NCBI GenBank assembly: GCA_035299385.1
Contig: DATGWQ010000268.1
Span: forward strand, 82,524 to 146,523
DNA from: Bacteroidales bacterium
GTDB taxonomy: Bacteria > Bacteroidota > Bacteroidia > Bacteroidales > VadinHA17
DNA length: 64,000 bases
Reading direction: 5' to 3'
The notes under the pieces are model-generated. The model was not told the DNA's origin, did not search any database, and worked only from the letters and a program-made list of their open reading frames with translations. Below are positions 29,007 through 35,449 of this stretch, piece after piece (the first letter of the stretch is position 1; each line of letters begins with the position of its first letter). The position numbers and the translations under genes were made by a program.

Positions 29007-29041
29007 AAGGTGCATTCACGGGTTGAATGCACCTTTTTTTT
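29007..29041 (+). terminator. intrinsic terminator after the 49-aa ORF, overlapping the CHAT gene start
   Basis: AAGGTGCATTC (29007-29017), loop ACGGGTT, GAATGCACCTT (29025-29035), then a run of T to 29041. This is a perfect 11-bp stem plus a U-tract. Confidence 0.85.
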
Positions 29042-31812
29042 ATTTTTACTGCAAAACGGACGTTTTGAGAATTTGCCTTATTGTGGTTTTTCTTTTGTTT
29101 CTTCTTTCTGCGAACGGATATGCTTCAGGTTTGCCACCGGAAAAAGACTTCAGCTATTATATGAACTCTTTTGTTGAAAATTATTACCATGGTGATTTTG
29201 TCAAATGCGAGGAAGCGATGCTCTCCGCCTCAGCTCTGGACCTGCCGGAATACTATAAGGCATCTATTTATAACAATCTGGGAGTAACTTATTATTTGCT
29301 TGGAAATTATGAAGATGCACTGAAAGCTTATTCCAGGATTGAAACCATGAACCTTACACCTGATGAGATCAATTCATTAACACCCCCCGGACTTGTCAAC
29401 AGGGCTCTTATCTATGGGAAGAGGAAGATGTATGACAAGGCAGTGTCCTATTATGAAAGAGCCATAAGAATACTGGAGCAGACAGCAAAGAGTGATGCAT
29501 CTTTGTTTGAAAGACTGGCATTAGCCTACCATAACATGGGGACCGTTTATTCTGAAAGAGGTGAATTCAGAACTGCCCTGGTGCATTTTAATGCAAGTCT
29601 CTCTATAATGGAGAAGCATAAAATTCAAAATAAATCACTTCCGCTATCGACAATTGCCAAATGCTATGCAAAGCTTAATGACCGCCCTCTTGCGGAAGCT
29701 TATTTCAAAAGATGCCTTTCAACGGCAACAATAGAGCATGGGACCGGGTATTACAACCTTTATGAATTCCATGTTTTATATGCCGATTTTCTGAGTTCTG
29801 AGAAAAAGTATGCAGAGGCCCTGGCTATATACCGCAGGGTAATGCTCCATTTCCTGGAGACCTACGGTTCAAAGAATGCCAATACATCCGGTGGCTTCAG
29901 GAACCTTGGTGAATTGAAATTAAAAACCGGCGAATACGATTCATCCCTTTACTTCTACCAGAGATCCCTTATTTCGATAGTCGGTAATTTCAATGATGAA
30001 AATATTGAAACTAACCCCGGCATCGATTCATCGTTCTTAAATGTCAGGCTTCTTGAAAATCTGAAAGGTAAATCGAAGGTTCTCGAAGCGCTCGCAGCGA
30101 CACGGAGATCACCCGATGAGCGGATCAGAACATTGAAAATGAGCCTCTCCACACTGGAACTGGCAATGGATCTTACTGATATCATGCGGAACAACTTCCC
30201 GACAGAAGAAAGTAAAATGTATATCTCTGAAATCGAGAAAGAAACCTATATATCCGGCATAAGGATCGCCTCTGTGCTGTATACCCTGACCGGAAGTGAT
30301 TCTCTTCTTTCACGGATGTACGGGTTTGTCCAAAGATCAAAAGCTGCTGTTCTGCGAGATGAGATCATCAGCAACAAGCTGGTTTATTCTGCTACGCTTC
30401 CGGATTCGGTAATAGAAAAGGAACACAGGCTGGCGTCAAACATTGCCGGTTACAGGATGCTTATATACAATGAGGAGAACAGCGAGCGACCGGACAAAAG
30501 CAGGATAAACCTCTGGAAAGATGAAGCTTTCGAGATGAGCCGTCAGAAGGAAATTCTTGACAGGGTAATTACAGATGCAATTCCCGGTTATCCGGATCTC
30601 CCGGCAAAAACGACACCTCTTCCCCTGAAGGAGATAATGGGCAATCTTGAAAGGGATGAAATAATAATAGATTACTCGGTTTCAGGTTCATACAATGACG
30701 GAAAGAGGGATTTATTCATTTTTCTAATCGACAGGAGGCACTTGAAGTTTTACAGGTCTGAGACAGACTCGCTTTTTATTAAAAATGCACTGGTGCTCAG
30801 GAATACTTCAGATCCGTCGATCCGTTCGGGCAGGAAAGAATCCGGAAGCTATCTGTCTGCCCTTTTTTACATGTATAATACTCTTATACAACCAGTTGGC
30901 AAGGAATTGAAAAATAAAAGACTGATTATTATACCCGATGAAGAAATAAGCTGGCTTCCTTTCGAGGCATTCCTCACAAAGGAACCGGAAAGTAACAGTG
31001 TTGATTTTGACGGACTTCATTTTTTGATCTATGATCATTCGATCTCGCATGCATACTCATCCTCGCTGATACCGGTCCCATCGAGAGCGCAAAAGGAGCC
31101 GGTATATGCATTTTCCCCTTTTTATGAAAGCCAACAGCATAGTCCGCTCAGGGGCAGCATTAAAGAAATTGAATCGGTAAACAGCATCATGGGGGGGAAA
31201 GTATTCACAGGCGCCGCAGCGAGCCGTAACAAATTTATCAACTACATGAAGGAAAGCGTGATTTTTCACCTGGCCATGCATTCTCTTTATGACAGCACCA
31301 ATTCGCTCTATTCATACCTTTTGTTTGACAGCAACGGAAGCGATTCATCAAAATTATACAATTACGAGATCAGCCTCGGAAGGATATCAACGCCCATGAT
31401 TGTCCTGAGCTCATGTAATTCAGGAGCCGGAACGCTGAACAGGAGCGAGGGCCTGATGAGTATTGCCAGAAGCTTCATCCTCGCGGGGGCTTCCTCTGTA
31501 GTAAGGACTGCCTGGGAGGTAAATGATGATTCCGGTTCCGAAATTGTCACCCGGTTCTATTATTATCTTTCAAGAGGTTACAGCAAGGACAGGGCGCTAA
31601 GGCTGGCTAAAATTGATTTTATCGAAAAAGCACCACCTTCATTCCGTGATCCATATTACTGGGCAGCTTACGAAGTACTGGGCGACAATTCACCTGTAAG
31701 GCACGGCAAAGGCAAAATTGTAACATTTGTTACAATTCCGTTATTATTGATGATTGCAGGAGTTTATCTTTATTTAAGACGCCGCAGAATTTCAGCTGCC
31801 CGTTTGCTGTAG
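29023..31812 (+). CDS. membrane-anchored TPR-CHAT (caspase-like) protease
   Basis: N-terminal hydrophobic signal LRICLIVVFLLFLLSANGYASG and multiple TPR-like repeats. The C-terminal CHAT domain has His (HLAMH, 31267-31281) and Cys (LSSCNSG, Cys codon 31414-31416). A C-terminal TM helix is followed by RRRR. The only possible starts that keep the signal peptide are TTG codons (29023 or 29065). Confidence 0.85.
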   Translation: MNAPFFYFYCKTDVLRICLIVVFLLFLLSANGYASGLPPEKDFSYYMNSFVENYYHGDFVKCEEAMLSASALDLPEYYKASIYNNLGVTYYLLGNYEDALKAYSRIETMNLTPDEINSLTPPGLVNRALIYGKRKMYDKAVSYYERAIRILEQTAKSDASLFERLALAYHNMGTVYSERGEFRTALVHFNASLSIMEKHKIQNKSLPLSTIAKCYAKLNDRPLAEAYFKRCLSTATIEHGTGYYNLYEFHVLYADFLSSEKKYAEALAIYRRVMLHFLETYGSKNANTSGGFRNLGELKLKTGEYDSSLYFYQRSLISIVGNFNDENIETNPGIDSSFLNVRLLENLKGKSKVLEALAATRRSPDERIRTLKMSLSTLELAMDLTDIMRNNFPTEESKMYISEIEKETYISGIRIASVLYTLTGSDSLLSRMYGFVQRSKAAVLRDEIISNKLVYSATLPDSVIEKEHRLASNIAGYRMLIYNEENSERPDKSRINLWKDEAFEMSRQKEILDRVITDAIPGYPDLPAKTTPLPLKEIMGNLERDEIIIDYSVSGSYNDGKRDLFIFLIDRRHLKFYRSETDSLFIKNALVLRNTSDPSIRSGRKESGSYLSALFYMYNTLIQPVGKELKNKRLIIIPDEEISWLPFEAFLTKEPESNSVDFDGLHFLIYDHSISHAYSSSLIPVPSRAQKEPVYAFSPFYESQQHSPLRGSIKEIESVNSIMGGKVFTGAAASRNKFINYMKESVIFHLAMHSLYDSTNSLYSYLLFDSNGSDSSKLYNYEISLGRISTPMIVLSSCNSGAGTLNRSEGLMSIARSFILAGASSVVRTAWEVNDDSGSEIVTRFYYYLSRGYSKDRALRLAKIDFIEKAPPSFRDPYYWAAYEVLGDNSPVRHGKGKIVTFVTIPLLLMIAGVYLYLRRRRISAARLL

Positions 31813-32669
31813 AATCCCTCAGTGCCGGCAAGAGCCCCGAAGTACTTTGCAGACTCAGGCTTATTCCCTTTTTTCAGCCAGGCAAGACCGAGATACCACC
31901 TGGTTTCCTTAAAATATGCATCCTGCTGTTGGGCGGCCTGTTCAAGGGCTGAAATTGCCTGGTCGGTATTATTGTTTTCGAGCTCTGACAATCCCAGATA
32001 AAATAACGATGCACTGTTCTCATTCAATGCCTGCCGGAATGAAGCAGCCGCTTCAGGGTACATGGAGGCCTTATAATAATCAATGGCCTGCTCAAAATTT
32101 GCCTGGACTGAACTATTCCCTCTTGTAACGGACGTCATAGCAGGGAATGATTCATAGTATTTGCTGAATAACCGTTCAGGGGATGATGATGGAGCAAGAG
32201 CAGCGAAAAAGATCATTATGCCGATCAATGCTGCGGCCGCCATGTAAGCAACGCGACGCAAAGGAACAATTTTCGGCCGGGATGTTTTTTCCCCGACAGG
32301 TGCTGCATTCAATGAATCAGATATGAAGCTTCTTCGTTCTTCATCTTCAGGTGACAGCTTTGCCTCTGACTGTTTTTTCTGATGCCACTCATTTACCCAT
32401 TCAACAGACAACAGATCGATGTCGCTTTGCCTGAATTCGATCTTTATATCCTTAAAATCTTCAGGATTGAATGTGTTGCGCGACAGGGAATCCTGTACAA
32501 ATTTCCTGTCGCTTTCAGATTTCCTGCTTTCCTGATGGTTTTTTGCAATTGCGGAGCTGACATGAGCCCTGGTTTCCTCAAGAAAAGGATCAGAGCATAT
32601 CTCTTCAAAGTCGGCGAGAGCGCGCATATGCACTTTTATCATGTCATTATTTAAATTTCCGGATTGCAT
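31770..32669 (-). CDS. anti-sigma-factor-like single-pass membrane protein with periplasmic TPR domain
   Basis: Lies directly downstream of the ECF sigma gene. It has a ~145-aa cytoplasmic N-domain, a TM helix VAYMAAAALIGIMIFFAALAP, and a C-terminal TPR-like region (YYKASMYPEAAASFRQAL..., LGLAWLKKGN). An alternative start is at 32642. Confidence 0.6.
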   Translation of the reverse strand: MQSGNLNNDMIKVHMRALADFEEICSDPFLEETRAHVSSAIAKNHQESRKSESDRKFVQDSLSRNTFNPEDFKDIKIEFRQSDIDLLSVEWVNEWHQKKQSEAKLSPEDEERRSFISDSLNAAPVGEKTSRPKIVPLRRVAYMAAAALIGIMIFFAALAPSSSPERLFSKYYESFPAMTSVTRGNSSVQANFEQAIDYYKASMYPEAAASFRQALNENSASLFYLGLSELENNNTDQAISALEQAAQQQDAYFKETRWYLGLAWLKKGNKPESAKYFGALAGTEGFYSKRAAEILRRLK

Positions 32670-32706
32670 CTCATCATCTTTTTATCATACAATTCTGGCG
32701 TCAGCT

Positions 32707-33300
32707 TCACTTTACAACAGCTTTTACTACATATTCGGATTTTACTATATTAATGTATCCGGGATGCTCTTTTACCCTGCGGGCAAAATCATTTTGCGCT
32801 TCCCATTTCTTTTTTCTTACATATCCGTATGTATACCCAAGCCTTTCTGCAATTTCCTGGGCAGATACATCCTGCCAGTAGAGATTAAGGATGTTCCTGC
32901 TTGCTTCATCGAGGGTTTCATAAACCTCTTTGAAAATATCATCGTAAAGCTTGCGGTCGATTGCTTCGGAAATGTCTTTCTCAACTGCAGGTTCATTATT
33001 TTTTGCACGGTAATTTGATGCCGCCTTTCTTTTGTCAAGAACGGTTTTCCAGAGGTTTTCGCAGACACAGTATAAATATGTCTTGAATTTGCACTGTAGG
33101 ACAAAGTCAGGATCATCTATCTTTTCAAGCATTATTACGAGCCCGTCCTGGAAAACATCCTGTGCATCTTCAGATGAACCACCATTCTGAAATACCATCA
33201 TCCTGATGAGAGGCAGGTACCTTTCGGAAAGATACCTGACAACGTAGCTTTGACGTTTCCTGAGACAATCAATTATCTCTATGTCGCTGAATTCTCTCAA
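32707..33300 (-). CDS. ECF-type sigma-70 family RNA polymerase sigma factor
   Basis: 197 aa. Region-2-like DAQDVFQDGLVIMLEKI and region-4 HTH SAQEIAERLGYTYGYVRKKKWEAQ. Confidence 0.85.
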   Translation of the reverse strand: MREFSDIEIIDCLRKRQSYVVRYLSERYLPLIRMMVFQNGGSSEDAQDVFQDGLVIMLEKIDDPDFVLQCKFKTYLYCVCENLWKTVLDKRKAASNYRAKNNEPAVEKDISEAIDRKLYDDIFKEVYETLDEASRNILNLYWQDVSAQEIAERLGYTYGYVRKKKWEAQNDFARRVKEHPGYINIVKSEYVVKAVVK

Positions 33301-33344
33301 TTAGGATCTAAGTTTTATTGCAGTATGGAGGTAGCGTATTCTAA

Positions 33345-33375
33345 CAAAATTAAATAAAAATCATTAAGAAGCAAG
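33345..33375 (-). promoter_or_regulatory. housekeeping (sigma-A type) promoter candidate for the sigma/anti-sigma operon
   Basis: The minus strand reads cTTG, a 19-nt spacer, then TAATTTTG (matches TAnnTTTG). The box ends 45 nt upstream of the sigma ATG at 33300. No copy of the GGGTAAC motif faces the sigma gene. Confidence 0.4.
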
Positions 33376-33411
33376 AAGATGAAAAATTTTTTAAAAATTT
33401 TCTCAAAAACA

Positions 33412-33443
33412 GGGTAACAAAACAGGGGCATTTCCTATTAAGC
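33412..33443 (+). promoter_or_regulatory. ECF-type promoter-like motif, copy 2 (faces the PAS histidine kinase)
   Basis: GGGTAACAAAACAGGGGCATTTCCTATTAAGC, with 29 of 32 positions identical to copy 1. It ends 109 nt upstream of the kinase ATG at 33553. Confidence 0.6.
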
Positions 33444-33501
33444 AATAAAAATGAACCTGGAACTATGAGTGATTTCAGGTTAAGTTGTTGTTTCACAATG
33501 G

Positions 33502-33545
33502 TCTGTCGTTTTTACGGGGGAAACGACGGAATTATGTTTTATTTA
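33502..33545 (+). terminator. terminator/attenuator-like hairpin in the kinase leader
   Basis: TCTGTCGTTT (33502-33511) pairs with AAACGACGGA (33521-33530). That gives 10 bp including one G-U pair, with loop TTACGGGGG. ATTATGTTTTATTT follows. Confidence 0.4.
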
Positions 33546-33552
33546 AAAGGGG

Positions 33553-34761
33553 ATGAAGATGCCTGTTGAAAAGAATGTACGCGAAGATCTGATGAGTAAA
33601 CCTGATCCGTCGGGAACGGTTCAGAAAAAAATTGCACTCGTATCAGGAATTACCGATCGCTTATACCGTCTTATAGAGAAGGACGAGGGTGTTCCTTTCC
33701 ACCTGGTCTATGACAATGAGTCTGGAAGCGGACACTATTTATTTATTGGAGAAGGGATCAGGGATATTACCGGGTTCGAACCGGGTAGTTTCACGGAAAG
33801 GACACTAAATGACATTACCAGGGAAGTTGTGCCCTTATCGGAAAATGTGCCGGCCGATAATTGCATGCTGAGAAATTTGATTCTGCAGGGCGAAATACAG
33901 GAGTACAGGATTGAAAGGTGCATAGTGTCCAGGTCGGGAGAACGAAAATGGATAAGGGAAACTGCCGTCCAGCATGCAGAATCAGGTTTTGTGACAGGAC
34001 TGATCGGCATCTATCATGATATCACGGAGAAAAAAAAATACAGCATCAAGCTCGAAAATGCAATCAGAGAAGCCTCGGAATCAGAACGTTTGAAGAATAA
34101 TTTCCTGCAGAACATATCACATGAAGTCAGGACTCCGCTGAATGCAATTGTGGGATTTTCAGCCATGCTTAGCGAACCGGAGCTGGATTATGGAAAAAAG
34201 GTGGAATTTGCCAGGATGATAAACACGAGCACAGATGAGCTTCTTAACATAATGGAGAATATTATCGAAATTTCACGAATAGATGCAGGATCAGAAGAGA
34301 TCACTGTAAAAGATGTGAAACCCTCTGAGCTTCTGAATAAAATATATAAGACCTTTTATAATAAGGCGCTTGAAAATAATATATCGCTTGAATGCTCCAT
34401 CCCCCCGGATTCTGAAATTTCTATCCCGACAGACGGGTACAAGCTGTTCCAGGTGATCTATAACCTGACAGGCAATGCCATTAAATTCACACAAGAAGGA
34501 AAAGTTGAATTCGGCTATAATATCCTTGGGAACAATATCGAATTCTATGTGTCTGATACCGGCATAGGAATCTCAGACCACGACAAGCCCAAAATATTCA
34601 ACAAATTTTACCAGGCAGACTCTGGTTCGACAAGGAGATACGCCGGAACAGGGCTCGGATTAACAATCGCCAAAGCCTATGCGGAAATGCTTGGAGGCTC
34701 ATTAAGCTTCCAATCCTCAGAGGGTGAAGGCTCCGTATTCAGGTTTACCCTTCCGTTTTAA
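33553..34761 (+). CDS. cytoplasmic PAS-domain sensor histidine kinase (orphan)
   Basis: No TM segment. PAS-like region, H-box SHEVRTPLNAIVGFSAML, HATPase N/G boxes (NLTGNAIKFT, DTGIGI, GTGLGLTIAK). No response regulator gene is adjacent. Confidence 0.88.
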   Translation: MKMPVEKNVREDLMSKPDPSGTVQKKIALVSGITDRLYRLIEKDEGVPFHLVYDNESGSGHYLFIGEGIRDITGFEPGSFTERTLNDITREVVPLSENVPADNCMLRNLILQGEIQEYRIERCIVSRSGERKWIRETAVQHAESGFVTGLIGIYHDITEKKKYSIKLENAIREASESERLKNNFLQNISHEVRTPLNAIVGFSAMLSEPELDYGKKVEFARMINTSTDELLNIMENIIEISRIDAGSEEITVKDVKPSELLNKIYKTFYNKALENNISLECSIPPDSEISIPTDGYKLFQVIYNLTGNAIKFTQEGKVEFGYNILGNNIEFYVSDTGIGISDHDKPKIFNKFYQADSGSTRRYAGTGLGLTIAKAYAEMLGGSLSFQSSEGEGSVFRFTLPF

Positions 34762-34807
34762 GGATCAGACTGTTTCAATTCGTATCTTTGTCCTCCAAAT
34801 TGTAAAT

Positions 34808-35428
34808 ATGGAGAACGAAAATATATTATACAGCAAAGCATTCCGGTTAAGCATCTTCACAATAGGCTATAATATCATAGAGGGAGTTGTGTCGGCCTTT
34901 TTCGGTTACCAGGATGACACCCTGGCATTATTCGGATTCGGGCTCGACAGCTTTATTGAAGTACTGTCCGGGACAGGCGTCCTTCTGATGATTGTAAGGA
35001 TGAGAAGAAACCCGCTTGCAGCGCGTTACAGGTTCGAGATCACAGCCCTCAGGATCACAGGTATTGCTTTTTACCTTCTCGCAACAGGGCTTTTTGCCGG
35101 TATTGTGATGAACATAATAAATGACAGGAAGCCTGAGACAACTTTCCCGGGAATCGTTATATCTGTCCTTTCAATCATTGTGATGATATGGCTTATGAAC
35201 GCCAAGATGAAAGTCGGAAAGAAACTCGATTCCGAACCGATAATCTGCGACAGTCACTGCACTCGGATGTGTGTTTACATGTCAGTTGTGTTGCTGATCT
35301 CAAGCCTGATCTATGAGCTCACCGGTTTTAAATACGCTGATTCAATAGGAGCGGCCGGCCTGGTATGGCTTTCGGTGCTGGAAGGGAAAGAGGCTCTGGA
35401 AAAAGCCGGTGCAAAGTTTGCACTTTAA
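34808..35428 (+). CDS. cation-diffusion-facilitator-like membrane protein (TM domain only)
   Basis: 206 aa from the ATG at 34808 (MENENILY). About 6 TM helices, with CDF-like motifs NIIEGVVSAFFGY and FGLDSFIE. No C-terminal cytoplasmic domain. Confidence 0.55.
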   Translation: MENENILYSKAFRLSIFTIGYNIIEGVVSAFFGYQDDTLALFGFGLDSFIEVLSGTGVLLMIVRMRRNPLAARYRFEITALRITGIAFYLLATGLFAGIVMNIINDRKPETTFPGIVISVLSIIVMIWLMNAKMKVGKKLDSEPIICDSHCTRMCVYMSVVLLISSLIYELTGFKYADSIGAAGLVWLSVLEGKEALEKAGAKFAL

Positions 35429-35449
35429 CCTGATTTATTACATTTACAG

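Noticed and set aside
32641-33018. 125-aa + strand ORF antisense to the sigma factor gene
   Set aside because: It overlaps a gene with clear sigma-70 region 2/4 motifs, and its own translation is a hydrophobic low-complexity artefact.
28528-33552. Idea that the CHAT/sigma island is a recent horizontal acquisition (lower GC)
   Set aside because: Spot counts of individual 60-nt lines ranged from about 35% to 48% GC, which is not clearly different from neighbouring genes. No integrase, tRNA or flanking direct repeats were seen. This cannot be decided without a proper composition analysis.
33465-33569. 34-aa Cys-rich ORF (MSDFRLSCCFTMVCRFYGGNDGIMFYLKGDEDAC) downstream of motif copy 2
   Set aside because: It runs through the leader hairpin and T-tract and overlaps the kinase start out of frame. 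There is no supporting signal, so I treat it as part of the kinase leader unless conservation shows otherwise.
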